From: Bacilli bacterium
GTDB taxonomy: Bacteria; Bacillota_I; Bacilli_A; RFN20; CAG-826
DNA length: 54,131 bases
Reading direction: 5' to 3'
Assembly (NCBI GenBank): GCA_024408565.1
Contig: JAKSUW010000005.1
Coordinates: 1-54,131, forward strand
Positions 19,758 through 29,921 of the stretch are shown here, in pieces. A program made the position numbers and the translations under genes. Each line of letters opens with the position of its first letter. Positions within the stretch are counted from its first letter, which is position 1. The notes under the pieces were generated by a model. It was not told where the DNA came from, did no database searches, and worked only from the letters and a program-made list of their open reading frames with translations.

Positions 19758-22700
19758 CTAGGCATCAATCGTGGAAATCTTTAAGGTTGTCTCCTCTAAT
19801 ACATCAAGTAAGACACCTACAGTGTCTAGACTTGTAAACATCGTGACATTATTTTCGGTTGCCACTTGACGAATCCGGTAGCCATCGCGTTCTTCACCAA
19901 ACGCGCCGACATCTTGCGTATTAATAATATAGGCAATATGACCTTGACGAATCGCATCAGGAATTTCGTTTGATCCATTAGAAATCTTTTGCATAATGTG
20001 TGTACGAATGCCACGTTTCTTTAAATATTCCGCGGTGCCTTTTGTCGCACAGATATTAAAGCCGAGTTCATAGAAACGTTTCACTAACGGGAACGCTTCG
20101 TTTTTATCTTTATCGGCAATGGTCACAAAGATAGTGCCAAAGTTTTTTACTTTCATGCCACTAGCTTGTAGGGCCTTAAATAGCGCCCGGTGCATATCAT
20201 CATCGTAACCAATCGCTTCGCCCGTTGATTTCATTTCGGGACTTAAATAAGCATCTAGACCCCGTAACTTATTAAAGGAGAAAACAGGGACTTTCACATA
20301 CCACCGTTTCTTTTCGGGGGCGTATAGTTCAAAGATACCTAATTCTTTAAGGCTCTTACCTAAGATAACATCCGTTGCAATATCGGCGAGCGAATAACCG
20401 GTTGATTTAGAAAGGAACGGGACAGTTCGCGAGGACCGTGGATTCACTTCAATGATATAAACCCGTTCATGATCATCGACAATAAATTGAATATTAAATA
20501 GACCGATGATGCCAATCCCTAAACCGAGTTTCTTAGAGTACTCTAAGATAGTGCCTTTTACTTTATTAGAAATCGAGAACGCGGGGTAGACACTAATGGA
20601 GTCACCTGAGTGAATACCGGTCTTTTCGACTAACTCCATAATGCCTGGCACAAAGACATTTGTCCCATCACAAATAGCGTCGACTTCGCATTCTTTACCA
20701 AAGATATATTTATCAACGAGAACCGGTTTGTCTTCATCAATTTCCACCGCTGTCTTTAAATAGCGACGAAGTTGCGTTTCATCGCCCACGATTTGCATCG
20801 CGCGTCCACCTAAGACAAAGCTTGGCCGGACTAAAACTGGATAGCCTAATTTCTTTGCCGTTTTCACGCCTTCCTCAATGTTAGTCACCGCGCGTCCTGG
20901 TGGTTGAGGAATATGTAGTTTTTCAAGTAAACGTTCGAATAAATCACGGTTTTCCGCCCGGTCGATAGCCTTGCAATCAGTCCCGATTAATTTCACTCCC
21001 ATCGCATCAAGTGGATCGGCTAAGTTAATCGCGGTTTGTCCACCCAGTGTCGCAATGACACCATATGGTTTTTCATAATCAACAATCGCCATCACATCTT
21101 CAGGGGTTAATGGTTCAAAGTAAAGTTTATCCGCGGTCGTGTAGTCAGTCGAAACGGTTTCGGGGTTATTGTTAATAATGATGGCTTCATAACCCGCCCG
21201 TTTAATCGTTTGGACTGCGTGGACGGTTGAATAGTCAAATTCCACTCCTTGACCAATCCGAATCGGACCCGCCCCAAGGACCACCACTTTCTTTTTCTTA
21301 GTTAAGCGTGATTCATTTTTCTCTTTTGGATTAAATAAATGCTTATAAGTGGAATATAAGTAAGCGATATATTTGCCCGTATGGAGAGTATCGACCATCT
21401 TGAAGATGGGTGTAATCTTATTCTTTGTCCGGTAACGATAAAGTTCGATATCACTCATTCCCCAGAGGCTCGCAATGCAATGATCAGAGAAGCCCATGGC
21501 TTTGGCTTTCTTGAGTAAATTTAGATCTTTATGTTTTGCTTTTAATTGATTTTCCACATCCATAATCCGCTTTAAAGCGTCTAAGAAAAGTGGCGTAATC
21601 ATAGTAATCTTTTGAATCTTTTTCACATCTTCACCCATCCGTAAAAGTTCCGCGATAGCGAAGAAGTTATCATCTTTAAATTGAGTGATATACTCAAGTA
21701 ATTGTTTCTTAGTGTAACCTCTAAATTTCTTAAGATATAAATGGTTCGCACCAATTTCTAACGAACGAATCGCTTTTAGATAACAGGCTTCAAGGCTATC
21801 ACCAATTGCCATGACTTCACCTGTTGCTTTCATTTGGGTTGATAAGACGTTACTCGCTCTTGAGAATTTATCAAAGGGGAAGCGTGGGAATTTCGCAATC
21901 ACATAATCAAGCGTTGGTTCTTTACTTGCGAAGCCACCTGCGACGGGAATTTCTTTTAAACGCATTCCAACTGCAATCTTCGCCGTAACACGCGCGATTG
22001 GATAACCACTCGCTTTCGAGGCTAAGGCAGAAGAACGCGAAACCCGTGGATTAACTTCGATTAAATAATATTTACTAGTTTTTGGATGAAGAGCGAATTG
22101 AACGTTACAACCACCTTCAATCTTTAATTCCTTAATAATCTTAATCGCGGAGTCGTTAAGCATTTTGTAATCATGTTTACTTAAGGACATAATGGGTGCC
22201 ACAACGATGCTATCACCCGTATGAACACCAACGGGATCAACGTTTTCCATTCCGCAAATTGTGATCGCGTTATTGTCGTGGTCACGCATAACTTCGAATT
22301 CGATTTCTTTATACCCTTTCACACTCTTTTCGATTAGCACTTGGTGAACGGGGGATAAGGCGAAAGCGTTAATACCAATCTCCACTAATTCTTTTTCGTT
22401 ATTAGCAAAACCACCACCGGTTCCACCTAAGGTAAAAGCGGGACGTAAGACAACGGGATAGCCAATTTTCTTAGCGGCGACAATCGCTTCATCAACACTA
22501 TAAGTAATGATAGAAGGAATCACTGGTTCGTGAATCTTCATGCACATTTCTTTAAAGAGTTCACGGTCTTCCGCGCGTTCAATTGAAGAAGCAGGCGTTC
22601 CTAACAGTTCAACATTACATTCTTTTAAGATGCCTTTCTTTTCAAGCTGCATCGCTAGGTTAAGTCCAGTCTGTCCGCCAATGCCAGGTAAGATAGCGTC

Positions 22701-22946
22701 TGGTCTTTCGTAACGAATAATCTTCGCGACATATTCAAGAGTTAAGGGTTCCATATAAACCTTATCGGCGATACTCGTATCGGTCATAATCGTCGCGGGG
22801 TTCGAGTTTACTAAAACAACTTGATAGCCTTCTTCTTTTAAGGCAAGACAAGCTTGAGTACCCGCGTAGTCAAATTCCGCGGCTTGGCCAATCACAATTG
22901 GACCAGAACCAATGATGAGAATCTTCTTTAAATCTTTTCTTTTCAT
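19758..22946 (-). CDS. carB: Carbamoyl-phosphate synthase large subunit
   Basis: IGSGPIVIGQAAEFDYAG, two ATP-grasp halves, EVNPR, C-terminal MGS domain. Confidence 0.97.
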   Translation of the reverse strand: MKRKDLKKILIIGSGPIVIGQAAEFDYAGTQACLALKEEGYQVVLVNSNPATIMTDTSIADKVYMEPLTLEYVAKIIRYERPDAILPGIGGQTGLNLAMQLEKKGILKECNVELLGTPASSIERAEDRELFKEMCMKIHEPVIPSIITYSVDEAIVAAKKIGYPVVLRPAFTLGGTGGGFANNEKELVEIGINAFALSPVHQVLIEKSVKGYKEIEFEVMRDHDNNAITICGMENVDPVGVHTGDSIVVAPIMSLSKHDYKMLNDSAIKIIKELKIEGGCNVQFALHPKTSKYYLIEVNPRVSRSSALASKASGYPIARVTAKIAVGMRLKEIPVAGGFASKEPTLDYVIAKFPRFPFDKFSRASNVLSTQMKATGEVMAIGDSLEACYLKAIRSLEIGANHLYLKKFRGYTKKQLLEYITQFKDDNFFAIAELLRMGEDVKKIQKITMITPLFLDALKRIMDVENQLKAKHKDLNLLKKAKAMGFSDHCIASLWGMSDIELYRYRTKNKITPIFKMVDTLHTGKYIAYLYSTYKHLFNPKEKNESRLTKKKKVVVLGAGPIRIGQGVEFDYSTVHAVQTIKRAGYEAIIINNNPETVSTDYTTADKLYFEPLTPEDVMAIVDYEKPYGVIATLGGQTAINLADPLDAMGVKLIGTDCKAIDRAENRDLFERLLEKLHIPQPPGRAVTNIEEGVKTAKKLGYPVLVRPSFVLGGRAMQIVGDETQLRRYLKTAVEIDEDKPVLVDKYIFGKECEVDAICDGTNVFVPGIMELVEKTGIHSGDSISVYPAFSISNKVKGTILEYSKKLGLGIGIIGLFNIQFIVDDHERVYIIEVNPRSSRTVPFLSKSTGYSLADIATDVILGKSLKELGIFELYAPEKKRWYVKVPVFSFNKLRGLDAYLSPEMKSTGEAIGYDDDMHRALFKALQASGMKVKNFGTIFVTIADKDKNEAFPLVKRFYELGFNICATKGTAEYLKKRGIRTHIMQKISNGSNEIPDAIRQGHIAYIINTQDVGAFGEERDGYRIRQVATENNVTMFTSLDTVGVLLDVLEETTLKISTIDA

Positions 22947-24148
22947 ATCTTTTTACCTCGATAGACAACTTTTTGCTTGTGAAGGGTTAGATAATTTACT
23001 CCACTTACCTTATATCCCTTAAACGGCGTGTTTTTCCCTTTCGAAAGAAATTTACTTGGGTTAATCGTCGTGGTTTCGTTTAAATTCCACACGCTAAAAT
23101 CACCATTATGTTGATAGTTAAACCGTTTCCGTGGATTAATCACTAATAATTCCATTAGTTTATCTAAACTAATTACCTTCTTTTTTACAAGGTAAGTATA
23201 TAAAAGCGGGAAAGCGATCTCTAATCCGGACGCCCCAAATAAACTATTCTTTAATCCGCGGTTCTTTTCTTTCAAAGCGTGTGGAGCGTGATCAGTTGCA
23301 ATCATATCAATCGTGCCGTCTTTAATACCTTTAATAAGCGCTAACTGATCAGCTTTGCTTCTAATCGGCGGATTAATTTTATACATTCCATCTTCTTTAA
23401 GCATTGCATCATTAAGCAATAAATAATGTGGAGCGGTTTCTGCGGTAATATTGACTCCCGCTTTCTTAGCCTTTCTAATTAAATCCACGCTTTCTTTACT
23501 CGAAACGTGACAAACATGAAAAGCACATCCAGTTAGTTTCGCTAACTTAATATCGCGTTTTACTTCTTCGTATTCACTTGAAGAAGGAATACCAATATGG
23601 TGATGTTTTTTTGCATAGACACCATCATGAATATAACCGCCTTTTGTTAAGGCTTTCACTTCGCAATGCGCGGCAATGACTTTATGAAGTTTCTTCGCTT
23701 GCTTCATCGCCTCTTTCATAAGCGCTTCGCTTTCAACGCCTTTCCCATCATCGCTAAACGCCATGACTAAAGGTGCCGTTTTTTCTAAGGGTGATAGACG
23801 CTTACCTTCTTCATTTAAAGAAATAGCGCCATACGGCACTACTTCAATGACACTATCTTTCTTGATAATGGATAATTGTTTCTTAAGATGGGTGGGAGTA
23901 TCGCTCACCGGATTAAGATTTGGCATCGTGGCGACTAAAGTATAACCGCCTCGTGCAGCCGCTAATGAACCCGTCTTAATACTCTCCTTATAAACAAAAC
24001 CCGGCTCCCGGAAGTGCACATGCACATCCATGAAGCTCGGGATAAAGGTATATTTTGCTTGATTATATTGAGGATAACGCTTGAGGAATTTTAAAACATT
24101 TTGCTTAATTAACTTGGGTAAAATAATGTTCGCTTTGACTGCTTTCAT
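22943..24148 (-). CDS. pyrC: Dihydroorotase
   Basis: DVHVHFREPG, MPN, ATDHAPH, SKGKNTPF; start at ATG 24148 (TTG 24184 possible). Confidence 0.94.
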   Translation of the reverse strand: MKAVKANIILPKLIKQNVLKFLKRYPQYNQAKYTFIPSFMDVHVHFREPGFVYKESIKTGSLAAARGGYTLVATMPNLNPVSDTPTHLKKQLSIIKKDSVIEVVPYGAISLNEEGKRLSPLEKTAPLVMAFSDDGKGVESEALMKEAMKQAKKLHKVIAAHCEVKALTKGGYIHDGVYAKKHHHIGIPSSSEYEEVKRDIKLAKLTGCAFHVCHVSSKESVDLIRKAKKAGVNITAETAPHYLLLNDAMLKEDGMYKINPPIRSKADQLALIKGIKDGTIDMIATDHAPHALKEKNRGLKNSLFGASGLEIAFPLLYTYLVKKKVISLDKLMELLVINPRKRFNYQHNGDFSVWNLNETTTINPSKFLSKGKNTPFKGYKVSGVNYLTLHKQKVVYRGKKI

Positions 24149-24167
24149 TAAATTTTCACTCTTATAA

Positions 24168-24195
24168 ATTGTAATAGTTTTCAAAACCTTTGCAA
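24168..24195 (-). promoter_or_regulatory. Putative sigma-A promoter of the pyr operon
   Basis: Minus strand TTGCAA-16 nt-TACAAT. Confidence 0.45.
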
Positions 24196-24230
24196 GTTTT
24201 TTTATTTATGAAATAAACAAGAGGAAAAAA

Positions 24231-24551
24231 TTAGAATTCAGCTTTAAATAAACTAATAATATAACCCAAAGTTTTTCTATCCAAAGTTTCGACATATTGA
24301 TAGTGACGTGCATTTAAATCAAGTGAACGTACATGAGCGACCAAAACTTGACCCTTAATTTCGCCGCATTCGACATCAACTCGTAATGGATGAGAATGAT
24401 ATTTCGAAGTAATTGGTAACAATAATGCTAATCCGCCTGCCTTACGATTAAATATATCATTAGAAATAACTAGTGCTGGCCGCCGACCTTTTTGTTCATG
24501 CCCCTTAATAGGATCAAAATCAATAAAAATAATATCGCCTTGTCTTACCAT
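24231..24551 (-). CDS. MazF/PemK family type II toxin (endoribonuclease)
   Basis: QGDI..IDFDP..GHEQKGRRPALVIS, PITS, RSLD..AR. Confidence 0.92.
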   Translation of the reverse strand: MVRQGDIIFIDFDPIKGHEQKGRRPALVISNDIFNRKAGGLALLLPITSKYHSHPLRVDVECGEIKGQVLVAHVRSLDLNARHYQYVETLDRKTLGYIISLFKAEF

Positions 24552-24808
24552 TCTTCATTGCCTCGTTTCTTGCCCCAACTAACTTCACGCACTGGATCGT
24601 TTTTGATTGGACCATGTTCTTTTTCGTAATTAGAAAAAACGTCAGCCAACTTAATTTCGAGTTCTTCATATGCCTTTTCAAGCGTAATTTTGCTATTTGC
24701 CGTTTTAATTTCTAAATGATCACCAACTGATAAATCTAAATTTTTCAACACGCTAGACGGAATAATAACGCCTTTGCTATTGCCGAATTGAATAATTTTT
24801 GTATACAT
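24545..24808 (-). CDS. MazE/AbrB family antitoxin
   Basis: KIIQFGNSKGVIIP, C-terminal WG...G.EEW; overlaps the toxin start. Confidence 0.9.
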   Translation of the reverse strand: MYTKIIQFGNSKGVIIPSSVLKNLDLSVGDHLEIKTANSKITLEKAYEELEIKLADVFSNYEKEHGPIKNDPVREVSWGKKRGNEEW

Positions 24809-24821
24809 ATATATCTCCTAT

Positions 24822-24845
24822 TGTATATACATATGTTATAACATA
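24822..24845. promoter_or_regulatory. Tandem palindromes, probable TA autoregulation operator
   Basis: TGTATATACA (24822-24831) and TATGTTATAACATA (24832-24845) are perfect palindromes just upstream of the antitoxin RBS. Confidence 0.6.
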
Positions 24846-24895
24846 GCACCGTAAAAAACAATACTTAAATATATATGGCATTTTTTAATTATTAA

Positions 24896-26497
24896 TTATT
24901 TATATAAATCCCACACTAAAGTGCCATAGGCTTCTTTAATTGGGACGATAATTGGATGTGCATTGTTGCCATTTGAACCATGTTGACACATATAGAGTTG
25001 GCCATCATCTTCAAAAATCATACTGTGTCCACCGTCTTCATCGTTATACATGCCCTTTGCGTACAACATCCGATTTTGGTGAACCCACGCATTAGGATTA
25101 TCAATTTCCGCTTCGCCTTCACGGTTAATCAACATGCCTGTTGCATAACCACCAGGAACATCAGAACCGTTTGACCATATCATGACTAAACTTCCATCTT
25201 TCATTTTATGAACAAAACAGCCATCGGTAATGTGATCTTTTGTGCACCATGGCCCATCATTAGCTTTAAAAAGTGTTACCGGATCGCCATCGATAGTTTT
25301 CAAATTTTTTGACAATTTCACAATATTCATTCTGCCAATTTCGCCTGGACAATCAACCCATTCTTTAACATAGATTAGCCACGGCTGTTTGTTTTCGTCA
25401 ACATACAATGTTCCATCAATCGTGCAGCCTAAAGAATCATCAGTAATATGTCCTGGTTTGACAGTATTATTAGGATGTTCAGAAATTGTAACAAAATTTT
25501 TATCGGGCGACGAACTTTCAAAAACAGTTACCCCACGTTTTCCGGTCGCCGCGCTGTTGTAAGTAGTGAACATATAATATTTACCATTATATTTATGCAT
25601 TTCTGGCGCCCAACGTTGTTCAGCGACATCAGCTTGACTACTAGTAACGATTTCGTGATTTAGAAGCGTCCATTCATTTTTAAACGAACCGGTTGTGTGA
25701 TAGCACCGCCACTCAATTCCTTCCCAATTGGTTGTGCCGTACATATAATAATCGTCTCCTTCTTTCAAAATAAATGGGTCACGAATAGCACGAAATGTAC
25801 CCGGTATGTCTTCAGGTAAAGTAATTTCGGTAATCTTGTCGGGTTTACATTCGCCAGTAACTGATAAATTGCCTGGCACCTTCAAACCATCTTCGTTGCA
25901 ATAATCAGTTAATAGATGATCAATCGCACAGGTTCTCGATAATTCAGTTGTGTAGCCAATAACTATTTTTCTATCTTCAATCTTAATCGCGTACCCATTA
26001 TCTTCTAAATTTTTGGACAACGATTCCGATTCTTTACGTCCGTGATCAATGACAATCTCTCTTTTACCCACAGGTTCTTTAACATCCTTAATCGGCAAGG
26101 TATAACCTTTATAATAAGATAAAGCATCATTAATTTGGTAGGCATCTTGTAGAGCAGTCGATTTATCCGCCACAATCCGATATGATTCATCAACAACAAG
26201 TGGGAGAACTTCACTATTCCAAGTCGCCCATAATGTTAAGTTGCCCGTAGTACCTTTTTTAATTTCAGTAATAGGTTCACCCGATTCACCACCTAAAAGC
26301 CAACCAGTAAACTCATAGCTACAATCGGTTGGATCCTTGAGTGTAAAAGCGTCATTAACCGTGTAGCTCGTCGGATTATTAGCCGTCGCGCCTTTTAAGT
26401 TTTCATAAGTAATTGTTGACGATTTAACGCCACAACTAGTAAAGGTGCCAACCATTGATAAGGAGGCAATCCCGATTAAAAATAATTGTTTCTTCAT
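24896..26497 (-). CDS. Lipoprotein glycoside hydrolase family 43 with N-terminal InlB B-repeat-like and GH20-N-like domains
   Basis: Lipobox FTSC; YEFTGW...LWATW repeat; RDPFI, WAPE, IDG, GGHS five-blade propeller motifs. Confidence 0.82.
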   Translation of the reverse strand: MKKQLFLIGIASLSMVGTFTSCGVKSSTITYENLKGATANNPTSYTVNDAFTLKDPTDCSYEFTGWLLGGESGEPITEIKKGTTGNLTLWATWNSEVLPLVVDESYRIVADKSTALQDAYQINDALSYYKGYTLPIKDVKEPVGKREIVIDHGRKESESLSKNLEDNGYAIKIEDRKIVIGYTTELSRTCAIDHLLTDYCNEDGLKVPGNLSVTGECKPDKITEITLPEDIPGTFRAIRDPFILKEGDDYYMYGTTNWEGIEWRCYHTTGSFKNEWTLLNHEIVTSSQADVAEQRWAPEMHKYNGKYYMFTTYNSAATGKRGVTVFESSSPDKNFVTISEHPNNTVKPGHITDDSLGCTIDGTLYVDENKQPWLIYVKEWVDCPGEIGRMNIVKLSKNLKTIDGDPVTLFKANDGPWCTKDHITDGCFVHKMKDGSLVMIWSNGSDVPGGYATGMLINREGEAEIDNPNAWVHQNRMLYAKGMYNDEDGGHSMIFEDDGQLYMCQHGSNGNNAHPIIVPIKEAYGTLVWDLYK

Positions 26498-26513
26498 AAT
26501 TTCATTTTACATT

Positions 26514-26539
26514 AAAAAAGCGCCCGTAGGCGCCTTTTT
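26514..26539 (-). terminator. Intrinsic terminator of the ribosomal superoperon
   Basis: Minus strand GCGCC-TACG-GGCGC-T6 about 20 nt after the rplQ stop; T-run on both sides. Confidence 0.85.
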
Positions 26540-26554
26540 GTAAATTGAGTCAAA

Positions 26555-26953
26555 TTATTCAACAAACGCAACGATGACGCGTTTAGCACCATCTCCACGC
26601 CGGTTCACACATTTATATTGATGCGTGTAACCACCATGCCGGTTCTTATAGCGAGGGCCTAAGACTTTAAAGAGTTTAGTTAACGCTTTCGTGTTATCGC
26701 CACTCTTTTCGTTTCTTAAGAGTTTAAGCGCTTCACGCCGCGCGGCTAAGGTGTCTTTCTTCGCTAAGGTAATGAGATGATCAATATTCTTAACGAGTTG
26801 TTTAGCGACACCGCTAGTGACCGTAATCTTTTCGTGAAGAATTAATTCGGTCGCGACGTTACGTTGCATCGCGTGTTCCCGCGTTGCGGTCCAACCGGTC
26901 TTAAACCGAACACCGGTCTTACCATGGACGTTCTTTCTACCATGCGCTGCCAT
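26555..26953 (-). CDS. rplQ: 50S ribosomal protein L17
   Basis: LILHEKI.VT, RY..R.GGYT, RRGDGA; position after rpoA. Confidence 0.95.
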   Translation of the reverse strand: MAAHGRKNVHGKTGVRFKTGWTATREHAMQRNVATELILHEKITVTSGVAKQLVKNIDHLITLAKKDTLAARREALKLLRNEKSGDNTKALTKLFKVLGPRYKNRHGGYTHQYKCVNRRGDGAKRVIVAFVE

Positions 26954-26955
26954 AA

Positions 26956-27936
26956 TTACTTATTCTCCGTTGAATAGTCACGGAAGGCTAAGCCAAGCGA
27001 AGCGAGTTTTTCCTTCACTTCTTTTAAGCTCTTCTTACCTAAGTTACGGACTTTCATCATCTCGTCCTCGGTCTTTTGAGTTAATTCATAGACGGTCGTA
27101 ATGTTCGCTCTTTTTAAGCAGTTATACGAACGGACGGATAAATCAAGATCTTCAATTGGTGTTTCGTTGACTTTGTTATCTTCTTTGACTTCCACTGGTG
27201 GTTCTTCGAAATGAATTTCAAAGTTCTCACTCTTAGCGAATTCATTTAAGTGGGCGATTAAGATATTCGCCGCCGTAGTAATCGCTTCTTGTGGTTTCAC
27301 TGAACCATTGGTCCAGACTTCTAAAGTTAACTTATCGAAGTGTGAATCGTGCTTCACCCGAGTAGGTTCGACATCATAACTCACTTTCACAACTGGACTA
27401 TAGTTACTATCGGTATCAATCCGACCAATTTGGTTGGGGTGATCGTTATTCGCTTTATTGGCTTCGGCGGTCACATAACCACGACCGCAACGGGCAAATA
27501 AGCTCATGTGTAAACGACCATTCTTGCCTAAGTGAGCAATCTCTAAGTCCGGATTAATAACACTCACCATGCCTGGGCATTCGATGTCTTTTGCGTAGAC
27601 GGTGCATGGACCTTTCTTATCGATTTCAAGGCGTTTACTTTCTTCGCTATCATCATCAATCTTTAAGATTAAATCTTTAAGATTAAGTGTGATGGTCATC
27701 ACGTCTTCTTCGACACCTTCTAAGGCTTCAAATTCGTGACGCGCACCATCGATTTCAATGGCGAAGATACTCGCGCCTGGTAAGGCACTTAATAACACCC
27801 GGCGTAACGCGTTACCAATCGTTAAACCAAAACCTCTTTCGAGAGGTTCAACGACGAACTTGCCGTAGTTATTCTCTTCGCTTAAGGTATCGACACTGAA
27901 GTTAATCTTTTTAAATGCTTTTGGTAAATTATTCAT
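26956..27936 (-). CDS. rpoA: RNA polymerase alpha subunit
   Basis: EPLERGFG, GNALRRVLLS, LSVRSYNCLKRA, NLGKKS. Confidence 0.98.
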   Translation of the reverse strand: MNNLPKAFKKINFSVDTLSEENNYGKFVVEPLERGFGLTIGNALRRVLLSALPGASIFAIEIDGARHEFEALEGVEEDVMTITLNLKDLILKIDDDSEESKRLEIDKKGPCTVYAKDIECPGMVSVINPDLEIAHLGKNGRLHMSLFARCGRGYVTAEANKANNDHPNQIGRIDTDSNYSPVVKVSYDVEPTRVKHDSHFDKLTLEVWTNGSVKPQEAITTAANILIAHLNEFAKSENFEIHFEEPPVEVKEDNKVNETPIEDLDLSVRSYNCLKRANITTVYELTQKTEDEMMKVRNLGKKSLKEVKEKLASLGLAFRDYSTENK

Positions 27937-27973
27937 AAATATTTTTCTCCTTTTAAATATAAATAATGTTTAA

Positions 27974-28363
27974 TTAGCCTCTAGGCCGTTTCTCTGGACG
28001 GCAACCATTATGTGGGACAGGTGTCGTATCGACGATACTAATAATTTGCATCCCCGCGGCGACGAGTGCCCGAATGGCGGACTCTCTTCCAGGACCAGGA
28101 CCCTTCACATTAACATCTAGTTGACGAATGCCTTGATTAAACGCTGCTTTCGCGGCAGCTTCACTCGCGCTTTGCGCAGCAAAGGGAGTCGACTTCTTCG
28201 CGCCTTTAAAACCTAAGGTACCAGCGCTAGCCCAACTAATCGCGTTACCTTGTTCATCGGTAATCGTGACAATCGTGTTATTAAAGGTGCAATGAATATG
28301 GGCGACGCCTTTGGTAAACGCACGTTTAATTTTCTTTTTTCTCGTTGTTGCTGTTTTTGCCAT
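27974..28363 (-). CDS. rpsK: 30S ribosomal protein S11
   Basis: [29 protein letters not shown]. Confidence 0.98.
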   Translation of the reverse strand: MAKTATTRKKKIKRAFTKGVAHIHCTFNNTIVTITDEQGNAISWASAGTLGFKGAKKSTPFAAQSASEAAAKAAFNQGIRQLDVNVKGPGPGRESAIRALVAAGMQIISIVDTTPVPHNGCRPEKRPRG

Positions 28364-28378
28364 AACGTTCCTCCTTCA

Positions 28379-28759
28379 TTAACCTTGTTGTTTCGCTTCT
28401 TTCTTATTCGCGATGGTCTTTCTTGGACCTTTACGCGTACGGGCGTTAGTTCTCGTGCGTTGACCACGAACGGGTAAACCCCGTTTATGGCGCATTCCAC
28501 GATAGCACCCGATTTCGGTTAAGCGTTTAATGTTTAACGCGGTCTCTCTCCGGAGATCACCTTCGACGCGGATCTTGCTAATCTCGTTACGGATCGCTGA
28601 GAGCTCCTCGCCTTTTAAATCTTTCACCCGTGTATCTTCTGATACTTTCGCGTTCTTACAAATGCGTTTCGCCGTGGTATCTCCAATCCCATAAATGTAG
28701 GTTAAAGAAACGACGACGCGCTTTTCATTAGGTATATCAACACCTACAATACGTGCCAT
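28379..28759 (-). CDS. rpsM: 30S ribosomal protein S13
   Basis: [28 protein letters not shown]. Confidence 0.98.
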   Translation of the reverse strand: MARIVGVDIPNEKRVVVSLTYIYGIGDTTAKRICKNAKVSEDTRVKDLKGEELSAIRNEISKIRVEGDLRRETALNIKRLTEIGCYRGMRHKRGLPVRGQRTRTNARTRKGPRKTIANKKEAKQQG

Positions 28760-28773
28760 GCCTAATTTCCTCC

Positions 28774-28887
28774 TTATCCTTGTCTTTGCTTGTGCTTGGG
28801 GTTCTCACAAATCACCATGACTTTGCCATGGCGGCGGACCACTTTGCACTTATCGCAAATTGGTTTGACGGAAGGTCTTACTTTCAT
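28774..28887 (-). CDS. rpmJ: 50S ribosomal protein L36 (Zn-binding type); not in the ORF track
   Basis: Manual translation [37 protein letters not shown]; RBS AAGGAG. Confidence 0.97.
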   Translation of the reverse strand: MKVRPSVKPICDKCKVVRRHGKVMVICENPKHKQRQG

Positions 28888-28920
28888 AAAATTTCTCCTT
28901 CGTGCCTTTTTGCACAACCT

Positions 28921-29142
28921 TTAGTTTTTATGTCTAAAGGTAATTCGGCCCCGTGTTAAATCGTAGGGGGAGATTTCCACTGTGACTCGATCACCTGGGA
29001 GAATACGAATGTAATTCATTCGAATTTTTCCAGAAACGGAAGCCAGAATCACAACGCCGTTTTCAAGCTTTACCCGAAACATGGTGTTGGGTAAGTTTTC
29101 CACGACCGTGGCCTCTACAGTAATGACGTCAGCTTTTGACAT
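28921..29142 (-). CDS. infA: Translation initiation factor IF-1
   Basis: [25 protein letters not shown]. Confidence 0.98.
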   Translation of the reverse strand: MSKADVITVEATVVENLPNTMFRVKLENGVVILASVSGKIRMNYIRILPGDRVTVEISPYDLTRGRITFRHKN

Positions 29143-29145
29143 TTA

Positions 29146-29919
29146 CTACTTAATCTCCTTTTGCTCCGTCGGACTCATCGTGAGGATTTCATACCCCGTT
29201 TTGGTCACGACTAGCGTATTTTCGTAATGGCTTGATAGTTTACCATCTTTCATCTTGGCTGTCCAGCCGTCTGATAAAATTCTGGTTGCATATCTACCTT
29301 CGGCAATCATCGGCTCGATTGCTAAGCACATCCCTTCTTTTAAGATGGGTCCGGTACCACTTAATCCGTAATTAGGGATGCTTGGATCTTCGTGTAGATG
29401 CGTACCAATCCCGTGTCCAGTGTAATCCCGCGGAACGGAATAGCCATGACTCTCCGCGTAAGCTTGAATCGCGTGGGAGACATCACCAAGGTGAATGCCT
29501 GGTTGAATGAGCTTTACACCAGTAAAGAAACATTCTTCAGTGACTTTAACGAGGCGTTTCGCGTTTTCTTTCGCGATGCCTACTACGTAAGTCCGACAGG
29601 CGTCCGCACAATATCCGTTTAGCGTTACCCCTACATCAAGCGAGACAATGTCGCCATCGTGAAGAATAATTTTGTCGCTAGGAATGCCGTGTACGAGTGT
29701 ATCATTCACACTCACACAGATCACTCCGGGATAGCCTTGATAGTCTAGGAAAGTTGGGATTCCTCCCTCCTTCCGAATTACTTCATCGGCTTTGTTAGCG
29801 AGAGCTAAGGTTGAAACCCCAGGGACACAGAGGGGTTTTAACGTGGTGAACACTTTCGCAACCACTTGCCCCGCTTGGCGCATAAGCGCAATTTCGCGAG
29901 GACTTTTGATGGAAATCAC
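29146..29919 (-). CDS. map: Methionine aminopeptidase type I (GTG start)
   Basis: SVND..VHGIP, GHGIG..LHEDP, AIEPM, HYENT. Confidence 0.96.
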   Translation of the reverse strand: MISIKSPREIALMRQAGQVVAKVFTTLKPLCVPGVSTLALANKADEVIRKEGGIPTFLDYQGYPGVICVSVNDTLVHGIPSDKIILHDGDIVSLDVGVTLNGYCADACRTYVVGIAKENAKRLVKVTEECFFTGVKLIQPGIHLGDVSHAIQAYAESHGYSVPRDYTGHGIGTHLHEDPSIPNYGLSGTGPILKEGMCLAIEPMIAEGRYATRILSDGWTAKMKDGKLSSHYENTLVVTKTGYEILTMSPTEQKEIK

Positions 29920-29921
29920 TA

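Noticed and set aside
24149-24230. PyrR-binding attenuator upstream of pyrC
   Set aside because: The region is short and AT-rich with no AGTCCAGAGAG-like loop or terminator/antiterminator stems
27937-27973. Absence of rpsD between rpsK and rpoA
   Set aside because: Normal for Bacilli, where rpsD is located elsewhere
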